Assembly (NCBI GenBank): GCA_043806215.1
Contig: JAZDHD010000402.1
Location: forward strand, 3,661-67,660
Direction of reading: 5' to 3'
DNA from: Pseudomonadota bacterium
GTDB lineage: Bacteria; Desulfobacterota; Desulfomonilia; Desulfomonilales; Desulfomonilaceae
DNA length: 64,000 nucleotides
Shown piece by piece: positions 8,861 to 17,189 of this stretch. The first letter of the stretch is position 1. Each line of letters starts with the position of its first letter. The notes below the pieces were generated by a model that saw nothing but the letters and a program-made list of their open reading frames with translations, ran no database searches and was not told where the DNA came from. A program made the translations under genes and the position numbers.

Positions 8861-9646
8861 CTATCTCTTCAGGGCCGCCAGCCGATCCGACACACTTGGC
8901 CGGAGCTGCAACGGAGAGTCACCAGAAACTGCCTTCAGAGCCGCTGCAACGTTGGAATCCTCGCTGTCGTGTTCGGGGCTCAACAGCTTTGCCTTCATGT
9001 CCGATGCCGCTGCTTTTGCCCGCGCTTCTTCTGCGGCCATATTCATGCCGGCCAGCGCTATCCCGAGATCGGATGCGTCTTTTCGCAAACCGGCAAGCTT
9101 CTCGGCCTTCGCTGCCTTCGCCGCGGCCTTCACCTCTTGCATCTTTGCTCTTTCCATATCGCGCTTGGCACGTTCGAGCGTCTCCCGGGCCGTCTTCACC
9201 TTCTCCGCGGTGATTCTCGCCACTTCCATGAGCTCGTTATAAAATTCCTTCGCCTCGACGGCCTCCCGGACTTCCCGCTCAAGCTCGGGTTTGAGCTTCT
9301 CCAGATCGTCAACGAGCCTGCTAATGCTGGATTCCAAGTCCGAAGCCTTTGCCGCGTTGCCGCCGGACTGAGCTTCCAGCATCTGTGATTCAAGCATCTG
9401 GGCTGCCGCGAGATGACGGTCATAGTTCTTTTGCGCAGCGTCGGCCTCTTTCTGTTCCTTGTCGAATTGCATTTTTGCCTTACCCGCTTCGCGAGTTATC
9501 TTGTCCAGTTCTCCGATCATGGACTCGATTTCAGCCTCGGTTGCCGTTTCCGGATCCCAAGCCACGATGCTGCGGGTGATGCTCTCGCCGATACTCCCAA
9601 TCTGCTTCTTTCCAAAAGTCGCAACAAAACCGAAAAGACCAGCCAT
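8861..9646 (-). CDS. Coiled-coil protein, PspA/IM30 (YjfJ-like) family candidate
   Basis: ATG at 9646 has GGGAGG 7 nt upstream. N-terminal amphipathic MAGLFGFVATFGKK is followed by a long heptad-rich Ala/Glu/Lys helix. The family call rests on remembered resemblance to E. coli PspA/YjfJ and the adjacent YjfK-like gene. Confidence 0.5.
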   Translation of the reverse strand: MAGLFGFVATFGKKQIGSIGESITRSIVAWDPETATEAEIESMIGELDKITREAGKAKMQFDKEQKEADAAQKNYDRHLAAAQMLESQMLEAQSGGNAAKASDLESSISRLVDDLEKLKPELEREVREAVEAKEFYNELMEVARITAEKVKTARETLERAKRDMERAKMQEVKAAAKAAKAEKLAGLRKDASDLGIALAGMNMAAEEARAKAAASDMKAKLLSPEHDSEDSNVAAALKAVSGDSPLQLRPSVSDRLAALKR

Positions 9647-9677
9647 ATCCAAACCTCCCTGTCTCTATTTCCACTCT

Positions 9678-10391
9678 CTAATAGACCACGAGCGATCCCG
9701 GGTCTATCTCGATCCCTACCATGATCTGAATTGCCGCGCCGTCGTCTTCTTCCACCGCCGACAACAACAGGTATTCATCCACGCGTTCGTTGACATGACG
9801 ACCATACAACATGGACCGATACTTGATGGACTCCCGGTGAGCTCCCTCCGGGTCGTGATAAACCGTTTCCTCGAATTCAAGAGGCAGTACTCGGTCGATC
9901 TGCCCGGTGCCGCTACGGCCGCCGGACCATACGCGGTTGTACAAGATCTCATCTTTTGTCTGAAACGCGTCCAATCCTATGGAACCGTCCTGGGGGCTTA
10001 ACCAGAAGTCCCAGTCGGCCACGGTTTCCGGATACACCTCGTCCAGCGGCATAAAGAGTTTGCATTCCTCGATCCGGTTGTTCCTATCGGCTGCAATTTG
10101 CAGCGTATAAATGTCCGAATCCGCCTCCAGATAGAACCTGTGAACTCCGCTCCCCCCGAGGTCGAACTTGCCGCACGCTGCAATAGGATTCCTCGTCCCT
10201 GGATGCTTGATCTTGAGATCGTCGCCTCCCAGGACGAAATCGACAATCGGCACCTCCACCATGCCGCTGATTCTCAGTCCCAGTGGAAGGTCCTTGTCGA
10301 TCCTCTCAGTCTTCGACTCCCGGAAAGCGGTTGAATACTCGTTGGCCTTTTTCTGCCAAATGCGCTTCAGGAGTCCCCAATTACTGGCCAT
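9678..10391 (-). CDS. DUF2491 (YjfK-like) protein
   Basis: ATG at 10391 has AAGGAG 5 nt upstream. The segments CKLFMPLDEV, YNRVWSGG and LLLSAVEE...VGIEIDPGSL parallel E. coli YjfK as I remember it. Confidence 0.5.
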   Translation of the reverse strand: MASNWGLLKRIWQKKANEYSTAFRESKTERIDKDLPLGLRISGMVEVPIVDFVLGGDDLKIKHPGTRNPIAACGKFDLGGSGVHRFYLEADSDIYTLQIAADRNNRIEECKLFMPLDEVYPETVADWDFWLSPQDGSIGLDAFQTKDEILYNRVWSGGRSGTGQIDRVLPLEFEETVYHDPEGAHRESIKYRSMLYGRHVNERVDEYLLLSAVEEDDGAAIQIMVGIEIDPGSLVVY

Positions 10392-10441
10392 AGTCACTCC
10401 TTTACTCCAAGTAATTGCGAGTTATCCATTCTCGGATGCAC

Positions 10442-12760
10442 CTATTCTCCGTGAACCAGTTTCAGCATGACGGGCTGAACATCCTTGACCGCCATCGTGA
10501 GGGAGTCAAAGACATGAGGCCCGTTTTTCTTTACCCAATCGGTTCCGACGGTCAGTACGGCCTTGACTGCCAAGGTCTCCACTTTGGAACTGAATATGAT
10601 GCCTTTCTGGAGGTTGGGATACGTCTTCTTCCCAATGGTGATGAACGTGTAGATGCGGTTCCCGTGCTGGTCCTTCTTGTCGTTGAAATCCCAGTCATCG
10701 ACCTCCGCAAGGCGCAACTTACCGCTCTTCTCGGTGTATTTCTCCGCCGCCTTGAGCAGAGGGCTGTTGAGCCCCCCCACAAAGAGCATCAAGGCCTTGG
10801 GGTCCGTTGCAACATTGGCGAGCGCTGTTTTGTAGTCTGCGTGCTTGACCGGGATTTTCGCGTACGCACTATCCTGTCCGCAGAGTTCCTGCCACGTAGC
10901 GGCCGTCCCCGATCCCTTGGGCCCCACGTAAATGTAGTTCTTCTTCGCGTCGATGTCTTTGACGCTCTTTATGCCCGCGGACCGGTTGGCAATCAATTGA
11001 ATCGCCTCTTCATAGAGGACCGTCTGCTCGGTCTCCTTATCGGGTATCTTCGTCAGCAGGTCCGACTGTACCAAGGCGGCGTCGGCTTTCCCGTTCCTGA
11101 GCAGGTCTACATTCTCAAGCGACCCCTCCGTGATGATAACCTCCACGTCGAGATCGCCGGCAGCCTTTTTCAGAAGCCTTCCAAATTCATAGTACATGCC
11201 GCCCCTTTGACCCGTAGCCAGGCGAAGTACCGATTTTTTCTTGGATTTAGCCGCAAGGACGGCTGAGGATACGGCAAGTTCGGGCGGAACGCCGTCGGGG
11301 AGATACGCGGGATCAACCTTGACTCCCTGGGCCTTCATCGCGGCCACTTGTTTGTCCATTTCCGCCAGCTGTTTACGCAGTTCCCCATCGGTCTTGGCCT
11401 GCTCTTCCGCCTGGCGCCGCCACTGCAAATACCCCGGATCGTTCTGGTGATGATACGCGAACGCCGCTGAATTGGGCCGGTTTGCCAGCGAAAGCATGCC
11501 GTACAGAAACGCTGCATCCCACAAGCCAAAAGAGGAAGGCCCTCCATACATCCTCGAGGAGTGGCCCACCCCTTGGTTGCGCCAGTAGTCGTCCCGTTGA
11601 CGGTAGTGATCCTGGTGGCTGAACCCCGGATTCGCGCCCGCCTTGCCGTAGATCGGGTTGTCGGCATACTTCCGATCGTCGAAGTCTTGGGTCCCGGACT
11701 TCTTGAACTTGGACTGCTCCGCCTGGTAGGCCGCCAGCGAGTCCTTGGACCTTTGCTTCCTGGAGTTCTCAATCACCTGCCTGTCGAAAGCACTTCCAAC
11801 AGCCGCTCCACCGACACCGGCAGCGGCCGCGCTCCTCTTGCGGGACAACGTTCCGGAGGAGTCATCCGAGGACTTCGTCTCACCGGCCTCGGTCTTCGCT
11901 CTTGACGTGAAGCGGCCTCTTGAGTCCCGAGGTTGTGCATGTGCCCGGTCTATCTTGCCGATGACATCGTCGACCGGTCTCGGGCCCGTCGAGCTCGACT
12001 TCTCGCCCTGATACCCGGAAAGCGACCTCTTTGCCCTTTCCTTCGCAGCGCCTTCGGACACGGACCTGTCGAACTTACTGCCGCCGGAGAATGTGCCGGC
12101 CGCGGTTCCATCGCCTTCCCCCGGTTTCGCGTATCCTGACGCGGAGCTCGCCCCGGGCCTATCCTGCTGCGCTCCGGCCGTAGACGACCGGCCGGCTCCC
12201 GGCTTGGCATAGCCTCCCGAAGGCGTGGACGCGCCCTCCCCGCGGGCCGCAGTTCCGGCCCGGTCCGCATCATACGTTGAAAGCGAACTCTTTGCCTTGT
12301 CTTTCCGGAGCTTATCCGCGATCTTCTGGTCGAGCGCGGACCCGCCCGTAAACCTCCCGCCCTGATCCGCGGCAGACGACCCCGGTTTCGAGTACCCCGG
12401 CGGGGGTGTCTTCTCAGGGCTCGCAGGCTGAAAACCCGTTCCGCCCAGGCCCGTTGCACCGGGCTTCGAGTATCCGGCGGAAGACTTCGCATCCGGAACC
12501 GGTTTCGCGGTGGTGCCCGGGACCGGCTTGGAATATCCGGAGACGGAGGTCTTGGTCTGGGAAGTGCCGAATATCCCGCCGCCCGACCGCTGCCCCCATA
12601 CCGATTGGCTCGGCTTTGAATACGACCCGGAGCTACTCCAACCCTTCGAGTATCCTCCCGACCTGCTCCGTGCATCGACCTCCGACGAGAACATCGCCGG
12701 ATAGGCCGCGACCAGTGACAAGGACACTGCAACCGAAAGAAAGCGTTTTGCCAAGCTCAC
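10442..12760 (-). CDS. Secreted fusion protein: signal peptide, about 325-aa low-complexity GYSKPG-repeat region, then a C-terminal TAXI-family (TRAP-type) solute-binding domain
   Basis: GTG at 12760 has AGGAGG 5 nt upstream. Signal peptide is MSLAKRFLSVAVSLSLVAAYPAMF. There are six or more G-Y-S/A-K-P motifs. C-terminal LRLATGQRGGMYYEFGRLL...TEGSLENVDLLRNGKADAALVQSD is TAXI-like. Confidence 0.7.
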   Translation of the reverse strand: MSLAKRFLSVAVSLSLVAAYPAMFSSEVDARSRSGGYSKGWSSSGSYSKPSQSVWGQRSGGGIFGTSQTKTSVSGYSKPVPGTTAKPVPDAKSSAGYSKPGATGLGGTGFQPASPEKTPPPGYSKPGSSAADQGGRFTGGSALDQKIADKLRKDKAKSSLSTYDADRAGTAARGEGASTPSGGYAKPGAGRSSTAGAQQDRPGASSASGYAKPGEGDGTAAGTFSGGSKFDRSVSEGAAKERAKRSLSGYQGEKSSSTGPRPVDDVIGKIDRAHAQPRDSRGRFTSRAKTEAGETKSSDDSSGTLSRKRSAAAAGVGGAAVGSAFDRQVIENSRKQRSKDSLAAYQAEQSKFKKSGTQDFDDRKYADNPIYGKAGANPGFSHQDHYRQRDDYWRNQGVGHSSRMYGGPSSFGLWDAAFLYGMLSLANRPNSAAFAYHHQNDPGYLQWRRQAEEQAKTDGELRKQLAEMDKQVAAMKAQGVKVDPAYLPDGVPPELAVSSAVLAAKSKKKSVLRLATGQRGGMYYEFGRLLKKAAGDLDVEVIITEGSLENVDLLRNGKADAALVQSDLLTKIPDKETEQTVLYEEAIQLIANRSAGIKSVKDIDAKKNYIYVGPKGSGTAATWQELCGQDSAYAKIPVKHADYKTALANVATDPKALMLFVGGLNSPLLKAAEKYTEKSGKLRLAEVDDWDFNDKKDQHGNRIYTFITIGKKTYPNLQKGIIFSSKVETLAVKAVLTVGTDWVKKNGPHVFDSLTMAVKDVQPVMLKLVHGE

Positions 12761-13169
12761 TGATTCCTCCTTGGTTTTCCGTTGCCTTTCAAAGGCTTTC
12801 CCGTCGTGTGAGTCGGGTTGACGCCGAATGAACGCCCCCCGGCATACTGCACCGTGCAGTCAATCTCAATTCGCAAACCATCCGGTGAACTGGATATGAT
12901 CCTGCAGTGCCGTATTCTCAAGGCGCTATAATTATTTGAAATGAATAAAAAATACGATGTCGTCTACGGCCGCCTTGGTCACCTGCACTTCATAAAAGCC
13001 CATCCCGAATAACCCCTCGTTTCTGCATTCTCTGCTTCAATGAATGCTCCTTCAAGCCTAATCGTTCAAGGGTTTGATGTCAAGACACGGCGGACGGGGT
13101 TTACGCCGCCGGCTTCGCCTCCAATCGGCAATTGTCTCTCATGCCAAGGGTTCACCAAGCAAGTGCTTC

Positions 13170-13445
13170 ATTTCATAAGTTCGGTCACACATTGTCGTCT
13201 CATTGCCATGTTGGGTGCCGGCAAGAATAATATCCGGGCATCCCGCGCGGAACGCGGGACCGGGCTACGAAGGACTGTCATGAGGCCTTATACCTGTTTT
13301 GTGGGGTCCCGCGGAACGCGGGATGCCCGTCATCTTCAAGGGCGGGCGTCCAGCCCGTCTCCCCGGCGAAGGCCGGGGTCCAAGAAAGAAGACTGGATCC
13401 CGGCCTTCGCCGGGATGACGGCTCATGTTGTGCGACCGTACTTGT
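13170..13445. repeat. Mosaic GC-rich intergenic repeat block; its last module overlaps the 3' end of the DUF523 gene
   Basis: Modules CATCCCGCGCGGAACGCGGGAC, GGGGTCCCGCGGAACGCGGGATGCCCGTCATCTTC, GGCCGGGGTCCAAGAAAGAAGACTGGATCCCGGCC and TGTGCGACCGTACTTGTGCCATAGAAC are present. Confidence 0.85.
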
Positions 13446-13902
13446 GCCATAGAACACCAAGGGAATCTTCTTCCGTCAGAATGGGAATGCCGTAACGCCT
13501 GACCAGAGCGGTGGCTACGCCGCAACCGGGCTGCTTTTCGCCCTCGATGTCGACCCTGCGGACACCGCAGGAGGGACTACCCTCCTTGAACAGAATGAAT
13601 CGAGGGGCCGTCAGTTGCACTACCCGGTCAACCTCTTGGGCTCCACGCACAAAACAGGCAGTGCAATCCCTGCCTGTTTGATCCATGATCTTGGCAGTAC
13701 CCTCCAAGACCCGGAAACCGTCCCCTCCTACGAAACGGCAGATCGGCCGGGGAATGCCCAGGCCGCCAAGCACCTCCGGGCAGACAGGCACCACTATCAG
13801 GCGCTCCGTGAGTTCCGCCAATCGTGGATAGGTGTGTGCCCGGCCGTCGTAGCGGGTACGCAAACCCGCCAGGCAGGCACTCATGAGGATCGTTTCACGC
13901 AT
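13423..13902 (-). CDS. DUF523 family protein (2-thiouracil desulfurase-like)
   Basis: Motifs MSACLAGLRTRYDG and VCPEVLGGLGIPRP are typical of DUF523. Confidence 0.75.
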   Translation of the reverse strand: MRETILMSACLAGLRTRYDGRAHTYPRLAELTERLIVVPVCPEVLGGLGIPRPICRFVGGDGFRVLEGTAKIMDQTGRDCTACFVRGAQEVDRVVQLTAPRFILFKEGSPSCGVRRVDIEGEKQPGCGVATALVRRYGIPILTEEDSLGVLWHKYGRTT

Positions 13903-14042
13903 TGTCGTCTGTCAAGCCTTGCTTTATTCCCTGTATCAGCCGTTCGTGCCGATGTTTCTCCACCAATTGTTCGGTCCATCCGTCCATGAACACTTCTCCT
14001 GTCTCGGGAAAGGCGGCCGCGATGAGGTACCGTACTCTTGCA

Positions 14043-15086
14043 TCACACAAACACCACGGCCTTTTCGGGATCCGTCCGGGCTCTGATTTCCCCGATAACC
14101 CACGCTTTCAGCCCGCTTCCGCCAAGCCTCTCCAGCACGTCCTCCGTGTAATCGGGGGGTACGATCACCACGTAGCCGATTCCCATATTGAACGTCCGAT
14201 GCATTTCATGGTCATCCAACCCTGCTTCTCTTCGTAGGACATGGAATATGCGCGGGACATCCCACGAGCCGTTCCGTATATACACGGAACAATCCGACGG
14301 CAATATCCGGGGCAGGTTGCCCACGAAGCCTCCGCCGGTAATATGAGCCATGCCCCGGACGGGAACGTGTGCGCAGAGATCCAGGACGGGCTTGACGTAG
14401 ATGGCGGTGGGAATAAGAAGCTCTTCGCCGAGCGGTTTGCCGATTTCCGCGATACGGCTGTCCACCGTGTAGCCCTTCACCTCCAAGAGGACCTTCCTCA
14501 CCAGGCTGAATCCGTTGCTGTGCAGTCCCGACGACGCAATACCGATCACCGTGTCGGCCGGTTTGACCGCGGATCCGTCGATAACCTTGGGCCTGTCCAC
14601 GATTCCCACACAAAAGCCGGCGAGATCGTATTCCCCCGGAGGGTAGAAATCCGGCATCTCCGCGGTTTCTCCTCCGATAAGTGCGCACCCCGCGTCCTCA
14701 CAGCCGTCCGCAATACCTGAAATTACGGACCGGACCGTGTCCGGCTCGATAGACCCTGTTGCAAAATAGTCCAGAAAAAAGAGCGGCTCGGCTCCGGTAA
14801 CCAGCAGGTCGTTCACGTTCATGGCCACCAGGTCTCTCCCCACGGTGTGGTGAACGCCCATGAGAAAAGCGATCTTCAGCTTGGTTCCCACCCCGTCGGT
14901 CGCGGACACGAGCAAAGGGTCCTCGTACCGGCGCCAATCCGGACGGAACAACGCGGCAAACCCGCCCATTTTCCCTGTAACTTCAGGCCTGAACGTGGCC
15001 TTGATGCGCTCCGACAAGGAGCCGATTACCTTGTCGGCCAACTCGATGTCGACGCCTGAATCCTTGTAGGTGATCTTCTCGGACAT
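14043..15086 (-). CDS. purM: Phosphoribosylformylglycinamidine cyclo-ligase (AIR synthetase)
   Basis: 347 aa. Motifs YKDSGVDI, GGFAALF and TDGVGTKL, with overall PurM-type layout. Confidence 0.92.
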   Translation of the reverse strand: MSEKITYKDSGVDIELADKVIGSLSERIKATFRPEVTGKMGGFAALFRPDWRRYEDPLLVSATDGVGTKLKIAFLMGVHHTVGRDLVAMNVNDLLVTGAEPLFFLDYFATGSIEPDTVRSVISGIADGCEDAGCALIGGETAEMPDFYPPGEYDLAGFCVGIVDRPKVIDGSAVKPADTVIGIASSGLHSNGFSLVRKVLLEVKGYTVDSRIAEIGKPLGEELLIPTAIYVKPVLDLCAHVPVRGMAHITGGGFVGNLPRILPSDCSVYIRNGSWDVPRIFHVLRREAGLDDHEMHRTFNMGIGYVVIVPPDYTEDVLERLGGSGLKAWVIGEIRARTDPEKAVVFV

Positions 15087-15149
15087 AGTTTATCCTTTAG
15101 CTCTGCCGGCACTATGTGCACGGTTCCATACATACGGCGACATATTGGG

Positions 15150-15235
15150 TTCCGTCCTCCCGGCGTAGGCCGGTCTTGGTAGGGGCGACCGGCGGTCGCC
15201 CGCGGGCGAATACCATTCGCCCCTACACCTCGACC
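15150..15235. repeat. GC-rich repeat module (GGTAGGGGCGACCGGCGGTCGCCCGCGG...CATTCGCCCCTACA)
   Basis: Near-identical core at 37199-37250; contains the palindrome GCGACCGGCGGTCGC. Confidence 0.8.
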
Positions 15236-15262
15236 GATGCGGTTCGCTTCGCTCACCTCATC

Positions 15263-16600
15263 CTACAATTCTCGTCTTTCCCGCCCAATCTCCGAAGCCA
15301 CGGTCCGTGCACGTGCCATGAACTCGGCCTCGTCCACCGTCGTTATCCGGCCGTGATCCACCACCAGCTTGCCGTTGACGATCACGTCGCGCACATCCGA
15401 TCCCCGTGCCGCATAGACCAGATGCGATTCCGGGACATACATGGGCGTAAGGTGGGGCCGGTCGAGGTCGATCACGATCACGTCCGCGAGTTTGCCCTGC
15501 TCCAGAGATCCGATACTGTCCTCCATTCCCAGAACCCGGGCTCCGTCAATGCAGGCCATTCGAAGCACGGTCCGTGCATCCAGGGCCTCCGGGTCGCCGG
15601 TTATGAGCTTTGCCATGAGCGAGGCACTGCGCATCTCCTCGAAGAGGTCCAGATTATTGTTGCTTGCCGGGCTGTCCGTACCGATCCCCAGCGGAATTCC
15701 CCTCCCGAGGAGGTCCTGTGCATCACAGGCCCCCGAGGCAAGCTTCATGTTGCTTTCCGGGCAGTGGACCACTCCGGCTCCCGACTCCGCCAGCACTTCC
15801 TTTTCTCTTTCCGAAAGATGAACAGCGTGGACCGCAACAAAGCTCTTCTTCAGAATGTCGAGAGCGTGCAGGTGCTCCACCGGACCAAGGCCGTACCTGC
15901 CCGTGACCTCGGAGACCTCCGGCGAGGTCTCCGAGACATGACAAAAGAGTAAGGTGCCGTGTTCCTCGGCCAAGCCGGCTGCGTCACAAAGGGTCTCGGG
16001 GCCGCAGAGGTAAGCCGAATGGCAGAACAACGCCGGTGTGATCAGAGAGTCCCGGGGACAGGATGCTAGAAACTCTTTCACCCGTTGCTTCCAGGCCCCC
16101 GGGGTCGGCGCATCCGGAGCCGGCACATCGAGGATACCCTGAGCGATAACCGCCCTGATCCCGATATCCATAGCTGCCCGTGCGGCGTGTTCCATGTGGA
16201 AATATCCGTCCGCGAACGTGGTGACGCCGTTGAGAACCATCTCCATTGCGGAAATCATGGTCCCCAGATACACGAAGTCCGGTCCCACATGTTTGCTCTC
16301 CGAGGGGAAAATGAACTCGTTGAGCCACCGGTGAAGAGGAAGATCGTCGGCAAGGCCTCTGAGCAGACTCATCGCGGCATGGCTGTGCCCGTTGATCAAC
16401 CCGGGCATGATCAGACAGTTGGAACAGTCTATGATCCGGCCGCCGTGCGCTGCGTCCGCGTCCTGCGGCACGTTCACCTCGAGCAGGCGGTCGCCGGAAA
16501 TCACCGTCATTCCATGGGGGACGGTTCCGGTTCTTCCGGGCTCGGTGAGAATCATGCCTCCCACCAGAACCGTGTCCACCGAAGTGGGGCTTTCCGTCAT
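15263..16600 (-). CDS. mtaD: Amidohydrolase, 5-methylthioadenosine/S-adenosylhomocysteine deaminase-like
   Basis: Contains MPGLINGHSHAAMSLLRGLADDLPLHRWL (HxH metal site); length and layout fit MtaD/chlorohydrolase family. Confidence 0.8.
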   Translation of the reverse strand: MTESPTSVDTVLVGGMILTEPGRTGTVPHGMTVISGDRLLEVNVPQDADAAHGGRIIDCSNCLIMPGLINGHSHAAMSLLRGLADDLPLHRWLNEFIFPSESKHVGPDFVYLGTMISAMEMVLNGVTTFADGYFHMEHAARAAMDIGIRAVIAQGILDVPAPDAPTPGAWKQRVKEFLASCPRDSLITPALFCHSAYLCGPETLCDAAGLAEEHGTLLFCHVSETSPEVSEVTGRYGLGPVEHLHALDILKKSFVAVHAVHLSEREKEVLAESGAGVVHCPESNMKLASGACDAQDLLGRGIPLGIGTDSPASNNNLDLFEEMRSASLMAKLITGDPEALDARTVLRMACIDGARVLGMEDSIGSLEQGKLADVIVIDLDRPHLTPMYVPESHLVYAARGSDVRDVIVNGKLVVDHGRITTVDEAEFMARARTVASEIGRERREL

Positions 16601-16614
16601 CTATTGTGTTCCTT

Positions 16615-17135
16615 AATGCTTCGTTTCCTGATTACGGTCGCACATTTTCGTCTCGCAGCCGTCTCGGGTGCCGGCAAAAACAAGATCCGGGCACGGAGGC
16701 CCGGGCTACGAAGAACAGAGACCAAGCCGGTCGTACACCGTGGGACGGGCGTCCCTGCCCGTCATCTTCCCGGCGTAGGCCTATAGGCGTTAACTTAAGC
16801 CTGTTGGTCGGCGTGGACTTGGGTTCATTCATAACGTCCCGAAGGGACCCGTCCCGCGTCTCGCGGGATTAGCCGGGCCTTTCAAGCCCAGGAAGAACTT
16901 CCGGGGGATGAATCCCCCGGCTAAATTCCTAAGTGCCTTCGGCACATTAAGATTGCTGCATCTCAACACCGAGAACGGTGTGCATGCCTCGATTCGTGTG
17001 CCGGTTGAAGCACGGGTTGCCGGCCGGAATCCTTAAGTTAACGTCTATGGGCGCAGGCCGGGGTCCGGAAAAAACAGACTGGTTCCCGGCCTACGCCGGG
17101 AAGACGGTTCAGCTTGTGCGACCGTATTTACGCCT
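16615..17135. repeat. Mosaic GC-rich intergenic repeat block (about 520 bp)
   Basis: Contains TACGGTCGCACA (reverse complement of TGTGCGACCGTA), CCGGGCACGGAGGCCCGGGCTACGAAGAAC, GGGACGGGCGTCCCTGCCCGTCATCTTCC, CCGGGGGATGAATCCCCCGGCTAAATTCCTAAGTGCC (inverted copy at 36727-36775) and a GGCCGGGGTCCGG...GGTTCCCGGCC module. Confidence 0.85.
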
Positions 17136-17189
17136 GGGAGCCCCAAGCCGGCGCCCATACGAGTCTTGAAGATCTCCCTCCCCGGAAAT

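Noticed and set aside
13127-13148. Minus-strand TGGCAT...TTGC as a sigma-54 promoter for the TAXI/PspA cluster
   Set aside because: The spacer between the two elements is 8 nt instead of 5, so the GG-N10-GC geometry is broken.
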